From: Candidatus Nanopelagicales bacterium
Lineage (GTDB): Bacteria; Actinomycetota; Actinomycetes; S36-B12
Assembly (NCBI GenBank): GCA_040266055.1
Contig: JBDQFC010000002.1
Span: 6,219-70,218 of the forward strand
Direction of reading: 5' to 3'
DNA: 64,000 nt
Shown here: one piece after another, positions 36,624-45,593 of the stretch
Layout of the letters: each line of letters opens with the position of its first letter
Position numbering within the stretch: the stretch's first letter is position 1
Notes under the pieces: generated by a model
Told to the model about the DNA's origin: nothing
Seen by the model: the letters and a program-made list of their open reading frames with translations, nothing else
Database searches by the model: none
Program-made: the position numbers and the translations under genes

Positions 36624-37412
36624 ATGGGTATGAGCACGGAAATCTCTATTGAGAACGTCAGCATGTCTTTCGCGACGCCTGAGGGCCAGAAAGATGTCCT
36701 TGATGGTGTCAACTACACGGTGACACCGGGTCATTTCGTCGCGATCGTTGGTCCATCAGGAGTGGGCAAGACAACGCTCTTGCGCATTCTCACCGGGCTG
36801 ACCAAGCCGGTGAGCGGCACCATCAAGGTTCAAGACCAGCAGATTTCTGGACCGCCAGAAGGCCTTGCCGTTGTTCTTCAGGACTACACGCGGTCGCTCA
36901 TGCCGTGGCTCACGGTGGAGAAGAACATCGCACTTCCGCTTCGACGATCGAAACTGACGAAGGATGAGCAGCGCACGCGCATTTCCGAGTCGTTGTTGGA
37001 GGTTGGCCTCGAAGGAACCGAAAAGAGTTACCCCTGGCAACTGTCTGGCGGTATGCAGCAGAGAGTCGCTATTGCTCGCGCGCTTGCTGTTCGCCCGGGA
37101 CTCTTGATCATGGATGAGCCGTTCGCTTCTGTCGACGCTCAAACCCGGTTTGATCTCGAGGATCTGGTTCTTAAGGTTCGGTCTGATTTCGGTATAACTA
37201 CCCTGATGGTGACGCACGATATCGATGAGGCGGTTTACCTCAGCGACGAGATCGTCGTCCTTTATGGCAAGCCGGCTAAAGTCCGGGAGGTGGTTACCGT
37301 CGACATTCCTTTCCCCCGATCCCAAATCGAGACTCGGAATGACCATCGATTCGCAGAGCTCAGGACACATGTCTACGCCCTCGTCAGGGGTGTCGATGAG
37401 TCTTCCCAATAA
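36624..37412 (+). CDS. ABC transporter ATP-binding protein (NitT/TauT family)
   Basis: Walker A GPSGVGKTT, signature LSGGMQQR, Walker B LLIMDEP. Confidence 0.9.
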   Translation: MGMSTEISIENVSMSFATPEGQKDVLDGVNYTVTPGHFVAIVGPSGVGKTTLLRILTGLTKPVSGTIKVQDQQISGPPEGLAVVLQDYTRSLMPWLTVEKNIALPLRRSKLTKDEQRTRISESLLEVGLEGTEKSYPWQLSGGMQQRVAIARALAVRPGLLIMDEPFASVDAQTRFDLEDLVLKVRSDFGITTLMVTHDIDEAVYLSDEIVVLYGKPAKVREVVTVDIPFPRSQIETRNDHRFAELRTHVYALVRGVDESSQ

Positions 37413-38025
37413 GTCGAGTCAATTCACCATCACGCTGAAAGCCGTCGCTGCGTGTTGCGTTGTAGTGATCGGCCTTTCCGCGTGTTCGTCGTCGCACTCT
37501 GATGCTGAATCCGTAGCCACGCCGACACCGAGCCCGGAGGTAACAGCGCGAACGCTGACCGATTGGGCGGGAGATGTGTGCCAGGCCCGCGATCTCCTGG
37601 AATTGCAGGTGGCGAGCGTGGCGCTGGGCCTCAACGTGGATCCGCAGGCCGGTCTTGATCAACTCCCCGAACTCAGGGCTCAGGTCGAAGGTGAAGTTGA
37701 GGTCATCCAACGCGGGGTCGACGATCTCCTTGCCGTGGTGCGCTCGGTGCCCGAGGACTCACCCGAGGTGAGCGCTTTCGTGGGCGAAGTCGATGGACTT
37801 GTCGGATCCGCCCAGGAATCCGCGAACGAAGCCGTGGAGCAATTGCGGAATGCGACGGAGGCGAACAATGTCCTTCTTGCCGGGGTGGCCGCGGTCCAGG
37901 CCATCGCCGCGGCCCAGTCCGCCTACAACGACGCCTCGGAAGCTCTGACGATCGTGAATGAGGTTCGCAAGAAATCCGGCGGACCACTCTCCCAGGCGTT
38001 TGAAAATGCTCCAGAGTGTGCGTGA
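37396..38025 (+). CDS. Lipoprotein of unknown function (alpha-helical)
   Basis: Lipobox IGLSAC. Start ATG 37396 overlaps the ATPase gene by 17 nt. Two further Cys residues (GDVCQ and C-terminal PECA). Confidence 0.5.
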   Translation: MSLPNKSSQFTITLKAVAACCVVVIGLSACSSSHSDAESVATPTPSPEVTARTLTDWAGDVCQARDLLELQVASVALGLNVDPQAGLDQLPELRAQVEGEVEVIQRGVDDLLAVVRSVPEDSPEVSAFVGEVDGLVGSAQESANEAVEQLRNATEANNVLLAGVAAVQAIAAAQSAYNDASEALTIVNEVRKKSGGPLSQAFENAPECA

Positions 38026-38128
38026 TCGGGCCATGCAGTCCGGTATTTCCGGAATCGGTTATCCACAATTAACGCGATCCGAACACCCCTGAGGTGACGT
38101 TCTGGCCTACATCAGGCAGGCTCATTGC

Positions 38129-39886
38129 ATGAAACGTCGCACCCTGTGGGTGAATGTGGCTATCGGCGCAGTAATCGTCGGCGTCCTCGGTCTAATCGTG
38201 GTTTCGCTGAGGCCTGGCGAGGAGCCGGTCGATCAACGCACCGTGACGGCAACGCGCGGAGATGTCTCCTCGACCGTCACCGCGAGTGGAACGGTCGAGC
38301 GAGCCGGTGTGGTCGAGCTCGCCTTCACGTCGGCTGACAACGTCACATCGGTCGACGTTGAGCCTGGTGATTCCGTCGTACCCGGAGATGTGCTCGCCAC
38401 CGTCGACGACACAACTGCCCTCCAGCAACTTACGTCTGCAGAGTCGAGCCTTGCACAAGCGGTGCAGGGTGCTGCGTCCAGCGATGCGTCAATCTCGAGC
38501 GCGAGCGCTGCCCTTGCCGATGCCAAGCGGATCGCGAAGCAGACGAACAAGGGCAACAATCTCTCGGTCGATCAGGCCCAGGAGTCACTTGCCGTCGCGC
38601 AGGACCTCTGGGACGAGAGCTGTCTAGATCCGAACAACAATCTGTGCCCCAATCCGTCGGCTCAAACACAGCTGAGAGCAACGCAGGCCAGCGTCGACTC
38701 GGCGCAACGTGCCTTCGACACCGCTGTGGAGAACGCGGCCAACAACGCGATCGGCTATGACATCACGGTTAACCAGGCTGGTGAGCTACTCACGCAGCGC
38801 CAAAACCAAGAAAACAGTGCCTGTGATGGCGCTGGCTCAGGTACCTCGGTGTGCACCAGCGCTCAAACGGCAACGGTCACTGCCCGCCAGGCGTATGACA
38901 ATGCCGTCCGCGCCAGGACCACCGGCCTCTTGGTCGACCAGCAGGCTCAGCAGACGGCGTCGTTGAGTCTCGCCAGCGCGAATGTTGCGCTGCAAAAAGC
39001 GCAAACGGACCTTCGCAAAGCCGGCGACGATGCGGTTCGCTCGGCCCGCCAAGCTCTGGAAACGGCCGAACGGGTCTACGAGCAGGGCAAGGTGGCCGGC
39101 GAGCAGTCGATTCGCAGTGCACAGTCGGCTTTGACTTCGGTGCTTGCTGCTCGCGAGACCGTCGAACTTCCCGATGGTGAAGAACTCACCTCGGCCCAGG
39201 CGGCGATCGCTGCCGCACAGGCCGGTGTCGCCGTCGCCGAGCAAGCGGTCAACGACACATCGCTCGTGGCGCCGCTGGCCGGTGTTATTGGCCAAGTGCC
39301 GTACGTGGTCGGTGAACTGGCAACTGCAGCAGGTGCCACAGGCGGCATCACGATCCTCCCGGACGGTCCCTTGGAAGTCGTCGCGGATTTCGCGGAATCC
39401 GATGCCTCCGGGGTGCGCGTTGGTGCTCCGGCCATGGTGACATTCGACGCCCTCGCTGGTGCACAGGCAGAAGGAACCGTCATTGCGATCGATCCGGTGG
39501 CGACCACAGGTTCAACGGGGCTGGTTACCTACCGGGTCCGCATTCAGGTTCCGGACGCTCCGGAAGCTGTTCGCGAAGGAATGACCGCATCGGTAGCGGT
39601 GCTCGTCGCTGAAGCGACGGATGTCCTCGTGGTACCGGAGGGTGCCATCACGGGCTCTGGCGACTCCGCGTCGGTTCTGTTGCAAGGACCCGACGGCCAG
39701 GCCACGCCGGTTCGGGTGACGCTCGGCCTGCAGGGGGACAACGGCACCGAGGTAACCGCCGGTATTGACGAGGGTGCCGTCTTGGTCATTCCATCGGCGG
39801 ATGATCTGTCCTTCCCCGAGGGTGGGGTTCCCGGATCGGGTCGTGACTCCGATCCAGACGGTCCGTTCGGTGGAGGCGGGGAGTAG
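38129..39886 (+). CDS. HlyD/MacA-type membrane-fusion (periplasmic adaptor) protein with long coiled coil
   Basis: N-terminal TM, lipoyl-like motif VDVEPGDSVVPGDVLATVDD, extended Ala/Gln-rich coiled coil and a beta-barrel C-terminal part. Confidence 0.8.
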   Translation: MKRRTLWVNVAIGAVIVGVLGLIVVSLRPGEEPVDQRTVTATRGDVSSTVTASGTVERAGVVELAFTSADNVTSVDVEPGDSVVPGDVLATVDDTTALQQLTSAESSLAQAVQGAASSDASISSASAALADAKRIAKQTNKGNNLSVDQAQESLAVAQDLWDESCLDPNNNLCPNPSAQTQLRATQASVDSAQRAFDTAVENAANNAIGYDITVNQAGELLTQRQNQENSACDGAGSGTSVCTSAQTATVTARQAYDNAVRARTTGLLVDQQAQQTASLSLASANVALQKAQTDLRKAGDDAVRSARQALETAERVYEQGKVAGEQSIRSAQSALTSVLAARETVELPDGEELTSAQAAIAAAQAGVAVAEQAVNDTSLVAPLAGVIGQVPYVVGELATAAGATGGITILPDGPLEVVADFAESDASGVRVGAPAMVTFDALAGAQAEGTVIAIDPVATTGSTGLVTYRVRIQVPDAPEAVREGMTASVAVLVAEATDVLVVPEGAITGSGDSASVLLQGPDGQATPVRVTLGLQGDNGTEVTAGIDEGAVLVIPSADDLSFPEGGVPGSGRDSDPDGPFGGGGE

Positions 39887-40578
39887 TGACCCCCGTCGTC
39901 CACATGCAGGACATCACCAAGATCTACGGCGAGGGTGAAGCCGAGGTCCGGGCTGTTGATGGTGTCTGGCTGACGGTTGAACCTGGCGAGTACGTCGCGA
40001 TCATGGGTGCGTCTGGGTCCGGTAAGTCGACATTAATGAACATTATCGGTGCGTTGGACGTTGCCACGTCTGGCGTTTATGAGATCGACGGCGTGGATAT
40101 CGGTGATCTCGACGACGACGCACTGTCATTAGTCCGTAACCGCAGGATCGGCTTCATCTTCCAAGCGTTCAACCTCATTCCCCGGATGAGCGCGGTAGCC
40201 AATGTGGAACTGCCGCTTATGTATCGAGGAGTCCGCCGATCCGAGCGCAGGCGTCGGGCGCTGACGGCCCTAGAGAAGGTAGGGCTCGGGGATCGATCGC
40301 ACCATCAGCCCAATGAACTGTCCGGTGGTCAGCAGCAGCGAGTAGCCGTGGCACGCGCGCTGGCAATGGAACCATCCTTGATGTTGGCGGATGAGCCAAC
40401 CGGAAACCTCGATTCAAAGTCGACCGCAGATGTCCTTGATCTGCTCGACGAGATCCATGATGAAGGCAAAACCATCGTGATCATCACGCATGAAGACGAC
40501 GTCGCCGCGCGGGCAGATCGAGTCATCACGCTTCGCGACGGTCGGATCGAGTCCGATGTTCTGGCGGTGATGCGATGA
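39886..40578 (+). CDS. ABC transporter ATP-binding protein, MacB/LolD type
   Basis: GASGSGKSTLMN, LSGGQQQRVAVARAL and LADEPTGNLD motifs. Confidence 0.9.
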   Translation: MTPVVHMQDITKIYGEGEAEVRAVDGVWLTVEPGEYVAIMGASGSGKSTLMNIIGALDVATSGVYEIDGVDIGDLDDDALSLVRNRRIGFIFQAFNLIPRMSAVANVELPLMYRGVRRSERRRRALTALEKVGLGDRSHHQPNELSGGQQQRVAVARALAMEPSLMLADEPTGNLDSKSTADVLDLLDEIHDEGKTIVIITHEDDVAARADRVITLRDGRIESDVLAVMR

Positions 40579-41780
40579 TCCTCGTCGAAGCACTACGCAG
40601 CGGTTGGCAAGCGATCGTGGCCAATCGACTCCGATCAATCTTGACCACGTTGGGCATCATGATCGGTGTTGCTGCAGTAATCATCCTCGTGGCTTTCGGG
40701 CAGGGAGCCTCCAATTCGGTGACCTCGAGCATCCAGTCATTGGGAAGCAACCTACTGACCGTGACTCCAGACAATCCCAATCGCGGCGGTGAGGTTGTCA
40801 ACCCATCGATTCAGGACTTGACGGCCGAGGATGCTGCAGCGCTGAACGATCCGATAGCGGCGCCCGATGTAGCGGGAGCGGCGCCTGAGAAGCGAGCCGC
40901 GGTCACTTGCGCTGTTGGTGACCTCAGCTACTCGACGCAGATGGTCGGGACATGGCCGTCGTACTTTGAGATTACTAACTCACCGGTAGCCGAGGGTGCG
41001 TACTTCTCTAATGCCGATGAGTTATCAGCGAGGAGAATCGCGGTCATTGGTAGCACGGTCGCTGAAGAACTCTTTCCTGATTCCGATCCGCTGGGTCAAC
41101 GTGTGTCCTGCAACGGTGCGCCATTCACCATCATCGGAGTGCAAGAAGAGAAGGGAGCATCCTTTACAAACCCCGACGACATCGTGATCGCTCCGCTCTC
41201 GGCCGTTGAGAACTCGATCACCGGCTATGGCCAGGTCAGTTCCATCTCGGTGCAGGCGACGTCCTCGGAAACCACCGGCTTCGCGGAGGAACAGATCATC
41301 TCGATCCTCGATGAACGACACGGTACCGAGGAAGGAACGCGAGACTTCGAGGTCTTCAATCAAGCCAGCTTGCTGGAGACCGCCAATACAGCGCTCGGGG
41401 TATTCACCGCTCTCCTGGGTGCCGTAGGAGCGATCAGTCTTCTCGTGGGGGGCATCGGCATCACCAACATCATGCTGGTCTCAGTAACGGAGCGAACCCG
41501 GGAGATCGGTATCCGAAAGGCGATCGGAGCATCCCGTCGGTTCATCCTTTTGCAATTTCTGCTCGAAGCTACAGTTCTATCGCTCTTCGGAGCCACCGCG
41601 GGTGTGGGTATAGCCATCCTGATCGCCCAGGTGGAAGTGGCCGGAATCTCCCCGTCGGTGGTTCCTATCTCCGTCGTCGGTGCCTACGTAATCAGCGTGG
41701 CCATCGGTTTGTTCTTCGGCAGTTATCCCGCCAAGCGAGCGGCATCCCTACGACCAATCGAGGCGTTGCGACATGAGTGA
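40575..41780 (+). CDS. ABC transporter permease, MacB/FtsX-domain type
   Basis: 401 aa with an N-terminal TM, a large extracytoplasmic domain and a C-terminal FtsX 3-TM bundle (ERTREIGIRKAIGA). Confidence 0.85.
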   Translation: MILVEALRSGWQAIVANRLRSILTTLGIMIGVAAVIILVAFGQGASNSVTSSIQSLGSNLLTVTPDNPNRGGEVVNPSIQDLTAEDAAALNDPIAAPDVAGAAPEKRAAVTCAVGDLSYSTQMVGTWPSYFEITNSPVAEGAYFSNADELSARRIAVIGSTVAEELFPDSDPLGQRVSCNGAPFTIIGVQEEKGASFTNPDDIVIAPLSAVENSITGYGQVSSISVQATSSETTGFAEEQIISILDERHGTEEGTRDFEVFNQASLLETANTALGVFTALLGAVGAISLLVGGIGITNIMLVSVTERTREIGIRKAIGASRRFILLQFLLEATVLSLFGATAGVGIAILIAQVEVAGISPSVVPISVVGAYVISVAIGLFFGSYPAKRAASLRPIEALRHE

Positions 41781-42048
41781 GGATCAGCAGATGAGCGAAG
41801 CCCAGGCTGTCGACCAAGCAAGCAGCTCGGGCGATGAATTGGTGGCACTCCTGGCCAAGCGTGGAAAGAAGGGGCGTGCTCGATCGACATCGATTCTCAT
41901 CGGTGTCCTGGTGCTGCTTATCGGAATCTTCATTGGCATCGGACTCGGCCGCGCCACCGCACCCGATTCCAACAGTGGCCCCGGCGGCTTTTCCCAGTCC
42001 GACGAACGGCCCCGAGGTGGTCCCTTCCGTGGGGGTCCGCGCGATTAG
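41773..42048 (+). CDS. Small single-pass membrane protein, translationally coupled to the MacB-type permease
   Basis: 91 aa. The ATG overlaps the permease stop. One TM (ILIGVLVLLIGIFIGIGLG) and a Gly/Pro/Arg-rich tail. No family recognised. Confidence 0.4.
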   Translation: MSEDQQMSEAQAVDQASSSGDELVALLAKRGKKGRARSTSILIGVLVLLIGIFIGIGLGRATAPDSNSGPGGFSQSDERPRGGPFRGGPRD

Positions 42049-42419
42049 CCCCAAGAACCGTCGGTGACGAGGCCGTTATCGACGGTGAGAGTCAGACGGT
42101 CGGTTCGATAGTCCATCGTGACTGCCTGAGGCTCGCCGTCAATAGTTCCTAACCGCCAGACGTAGCCGGCTTCTTCGATTGCGGTGGTCGCCTCGTCCTG
42201 CGGCATCGGCTCGGCGATGAGCTCTTCGAGGAAGGTCACCTGCTCGGGGGTGATGTTCATATCCGTTTCCTCTTCCGCACTTTGGCTGGATTCCTTGCTC
42301 GGTGTCGGCACGTTGGCTGCGCTGGAATCGTCAGTGCCTGATGAGCACCCGGCCAGTGCAGCAGCACCGAGGACGATCGCAGCGAGGACGGTGGCTACGC
42401 GGGATGCATGGGTAATCAT
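42045..42419 (-). CDS. Lipoprotein, peptidase-inhibitor I78 family
   Basis: Lipobox LAGCSS. C-terminal AVTMDYRTDRLTLTVDNGLV resembles the I78 signature. Confidence 0.55.
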   Translation of the reverse strand: MITHASRVATVLAAIVLGAAALAGCSSGTDDSSAANVPTPSKESSQSAEEETDMNITPEQVTFLEELIAEPMPQDEATTAIEEAGYVWRLGTIDGEPQAVTMDYRTDRLTLTVDNGLVTDGSWG

Positions 42420-43240
42420 GATTTCTCCGGTTTCTTATTGCGTGATCGCGCGATGGCGATGATCACGAAGACGATGACGGTAATGAATCCCGCGATGGCA
42501 AGGAAGGGGATAAGGAATCCGACTGCGATGATGGCTCCGGCGGTCAACGACAGGAACGCATTCCAACCGTTTTCTAGCCCGCCCAAGAAGTCCGGTGATA
42601 CTCCGGGTCCCACGTCGCGCTGGTCTAAATAGATGTAGGCGGTTGACATCTCCACCTGCCGGGTGAGGTAGTCACGTCGAGCGGTCAAGGACTCTAACTC
42701 GGCCTGACGATTGGCGAGCTCACCTTCTACAGCAATCAGATCGGCGACCGACTCCGCCTGGCGCTGGAGTTCCTCAAGTCGGGCAATGGACTGCTCGAGG
42801 GTGGCGATACGCGCTTCCACGTCGATCACTTCCACGGTTACGTCCTGTGAGTCGATGGTGCTGCTCTGGACTTCTCCGAGCATGGCCACCGAATCCAGGA
42901 GTGCGTCGAGGTTGACGGCCGGAACCCGAATGGTGAGGCTCGCGCTGGCGTCGTCGTCGTTTCCGTAGACGCTCTGGTTTTGGATGAATCCGTCGAGATT
43001 CGAGGCCGCATCCTCGATGTCGGACATCGAGGTGGAGACGTCTTCGACCTCCATTGTGACGTTCGCGGTTCGGATGATCTGCTCGCCCATCCGGACACTC
43101 GCAGAATCATCCATCGATGCGGACTCGGCCGAGACTCCGGATGGCTCGGCGTAATCGACGCTTGTATTGCCACACCCGGCAACCATGCCTAGTGCAAGCG
43201 CGGCTACGCCGAGCCCGAGAAACTTCTTCCTCACGTCCAC
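42416..43240 (-). CDS. DUF4349-like lipoprotein with coiled coil and C-terminal TM
   Basis: Lipobox VAGCGN. Central LTIRVPAVNLDALLDSVAMLGEV...coiled coil. C-terminal TM segments. Confidence 0.5.
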   Translation of the reverse strand: MDVRKKFLGLGVAALALGMVAGCGNTSVDYAEPSGVSAESASMDDSASVRMGEQIIRTANVTMEVEDVSTSMSDIEDAASNLDGFIQNQSVYGNDDDASASLTIRVPAVNLDALLDSVAMLGEVQSSTIDSQDVTVEVIDVEARIATLEQSIARLEELQRQAESVADLIAVEGELANRQAELESLTARRDYLTRQVEMSTAYIYLDQRDVGPGVSPDFLGGLENGWNAFLSLTAGAIIAVGFLIPFLAIAGFITVIVFVIIAIARSRNKKPEKS

Positions 43241-43294
43241 ACATCTTGGACGTTCCAGACATCGCGTCGGGTCCTTGATTCGGTCACGGTTTGG

Positions 43295-44479
43295 TCACTG
43301 TTGACGGGCGAGCAACTGCTTTCGGTAGTCCATGAGGTCCTTGCTCCGGTTGACGCCGACAACACCCACGAGTTCCCCGTCCCTGCGGTACTCAACGATG
43401 CAGTCCCCGTCCCAGTCGCCATCGACGAGGACAGGCTCGCCAAGACTCGGCATCCCGTACGACTGAATGTTCAGGTCGTATTGATCACTCCAGAACGAGG
43501 GCAACGCGGAAAACGGGCCTCCGTGGGGTTCGGCTCCGGCTAGCTCGTCGGCCAACGTGCGACCTGCATGGCGCCCCATCTCCGTCGGCATGTTCCAGTG
43601 CTCGATGCGCCAGGGCCCACCTGGGAAAAGCGCATTGGGATGGCGCGCGATGTCTCCGACCGCCACGACGGGTGCGGCAGAGCCGATCACCTGCAGGGCC
43701 TCGTCGACGAGGACGCCGTCGACGAGGTCGAGGCCATTACCCTCGAGCCACTCCACATTCGGAACCGAACCGACGGCTTCCAACACGATCGTCGCGGGAA
43801 TCTCGGTGCCGTCATCCAATCGAACGCCGGTAACGCGGTCGTCGCCAAGGAATTCCGCAACGGTGCGTCCCAAGTGGAACGCGACACCCTGTGCTTCGTG
43901 TCGAGCGCGCATCGCCGCACCAAATTTCGGACCGAGTGGCCGGACCATGGGTTCGTCGTCCAACGCCACTACGTCAACGTCGGCCCCGAGCTTGCGAGCA
44001 GTCGCTGCCACCTCGCACCCGATGAAGCCGGCGCCCATGATGACCAGGCGGCTGCCGGGGCCGAGGGCTGCCCGCAGGTCAGCTGCGTCGTCGGCATTGC
44101 GAAGGAGGAACCGACCTTCCGTCGGTCCGGGAATGGGAAGTCGCCGTGGCCGGATACCGGTTGCCACCACCAGCCCAGCGAAGGGCAGAACGCTCCCGTC
44201 TTCCAGGCAGACCGTTCGTTCCGTGAGATCGACGGAGGTGGCGCCGGAACCGAGTCGCCACTCGACGTCGTCGATCGAGGAACGCCGTCGGAAGTGGAGA
44301 TCCTCGACGTCGACTCCGCCCGCGAGTGCCTCTTTCGACAGGGGTGGTCTGTTGTAGGGCAGATGTGGCTCCTCGCCCACGATGACCAGGTGTCCTTCGT
44401 ACCCCGCTCCGCGGAGTGCCTCAGCGGCGCGTAGGCCACCGAGGCCTGCACCAACGATGACTACCTGGTCTGTACTCAT
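43295..44479 (-). CDS. FAD-dependent ferredoxin--NAD(P)+ reductase (putidaredoxin-reductase-like)
   Basis: VVIVGAGLGGLRAAEALR and LVIMGAGFIGCEVA dinucleotide folds. ATG 44479 overlaps the ferredoxin stop (ATGA). Confidence 0.85.
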   Translation of the reverse strand: MSTDQVVIVGAGLGGLRAAEALRGAGYEGHLVIVGEEPHLPYNRPPLSKEALAGGVDVEDLHFRRRSSIDDVEWRLGSGATSVDLTERTVCLEDGSVLPFAGLVVATGIRPRRLPIPGPTEGRFLLRNADDAADLRAALGPGSRLVIMGAGFIGCEVAATARKLGADVDVVALDDEPMVRPLGPKFGAAMRARHEAQGVAFHLGRTVAEFLGDDRVTGVRLDDGTEIPATIVLEAVGSVPNVEWLEGNGLDLVDGVLVDEALQVIGSAAPVVAVGDIARHPNALFPGGPWRIEHWNMPTEMGRHAGRTLADELAGAEPHGGPFSALPSFWSDQYDLNIQSYGMPSLGEPVLVDGDWDGDCIVEYRRDGELVGVVGVNRSKDLMDYRKQLLARQQ

Positions 44480-44670
44480 GACTCGACGAAAGAAATCGCC
44501 TGCATTGGGCACACGTCGGCGGCGCTCTCTACGTCATCACGGCGTTCATCGGCAACCTCGGCGACGTACTGCAACTTGCCGTCGTCGTCGAGTTGAAAGA
44601 CATCCTCGGCCTCAAAGCAGCACTGTCCGTAGTGCTGACACTTATCCATGTCGACGGTGATCTGAATCAT
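44476..44670 (-). CDS. Small ferredoxin (single 3Fe-4S-type cluster)
   Basis: 64 aa, CQHYGQC...CP. AAGGAG Shine-Dalgarno upstream of ATG 44670. Confidence 0.8.
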   Translation of the reverse strand: MIQITVDMDKCQHYGQCCFEAEDVFQLDDDGKLQYVAEVADERRDDVESAADVCPMQAISFVES

Positions 44671-44717
44671 TTCGCTCCTTTGGTCAGTATCAGTGTGTTG
44701 ATTCGGAGGTAAGGGGA

Positions 44718-45593
44718 TTACTTCTCTTCGACCAAGGACGGGTAAAGATCCTTGGACGGTGTGCGGATCCCTCGAAATTCCCAATCGCCACCCTGGGCGG
44801 TGGAGATGACTTCCTCGCTCTCGGTTGGCTGGGCGCCGACATCCGTCCGGATGGCGGTCGGGCCTGCGACGATGTGGTTGCGCAGTGTTCCGAGCCCTTC
44901 GACTTCCACCTCGACGACGTCGCCTGGGTAGACGGTCCGTGAATTGGCGGGTGTTCCACTGAAGAGGAGATCACCGGGTTCCAAGGTGATAGTTCTCGCG
45001 ATGTCCGCAACGAGGTAGTTCATGTCCCATTCCATCTCGTCGGTCGAGGCATCTTGCTTGACCTCACCGTTGACGATCGTGCGAATGCGCTTGCCACGGA
45101 AGTCCCAGTCGGTGACTACGCCGGGACCGATCGGAGCGAGCGTGTCCGAGCCCTTGACGCGCAGCATCGACCCGGCATCGGTGTCCCGGAAGTCATGCAG
45201 CCCGTAGTCGTTGCCGACCGTGTAGCCGAGGATGTAATCGCCAGCCTCCTCGGGTGAGACATTGCGGCAGGTGCGACCGATCACGATGACGATCTCGCCC
45301 TCGTAGTTCAACCACTTGCATCCATCAGGCCGCACCACGGCAGCGTCGTGGGAATTCAGTGCGGTGATGGGTTTGTGGAAGTACGTGGGGGCCGATGGCA
45401 ACTTGGTCATGAACTCCTCGGTACGCGAGGAGTAGTTCAGGTGAACGCAGATGATCTTGCTTGGCTCCACAGGGGGCAAATGCACAGCCTCCGCAATCGG
45501 GACCACTCGGCCGTCTCCGGCAACGAGGTTGTCTCCTTCCCGTGTGACGGTGCAGGGATAGCCGTCCACCAAGATTCGTCGGAACTCACTCAT
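44718..45593 (-). CDS. Fumarylacetoacetate-hydrolase-family enzyme (HpaG-like isomerase/decarboxylase)
   Basis: KIICVHLNYSSRTEE...YEGEIVIVIGR...GTPA FAH-fold motifs. ATGA overlap with the dioxygenase gene. Confidence 0.75.
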   Translation of the reverse strand: MSEFRRILVDGYPCTVTREGDNLVAGDGRVVPIAEAVHLPPVEPSKIICVHLNYSSRTEEFMTKLPSAPTYFHKPITALNSHDAAVVRPDGCKWLNYEGEIVIVIGRTCRNVSPEEAGDYILGYTVGNDYGLHDFRDTDAGSMLRVKGSDTLAPIGPGVVTDWDFRGKRIRTIVNGEVKQDASTDEMEWDMNYLVADIARTITLEPGDLLFSGTPANSRTVYPGDVVEVEVEGLGTLRNHIVAGPTAIRTDVGAQPTESEEVISTAQGGDWEFRGIRTPSKDLYPSLVEEK

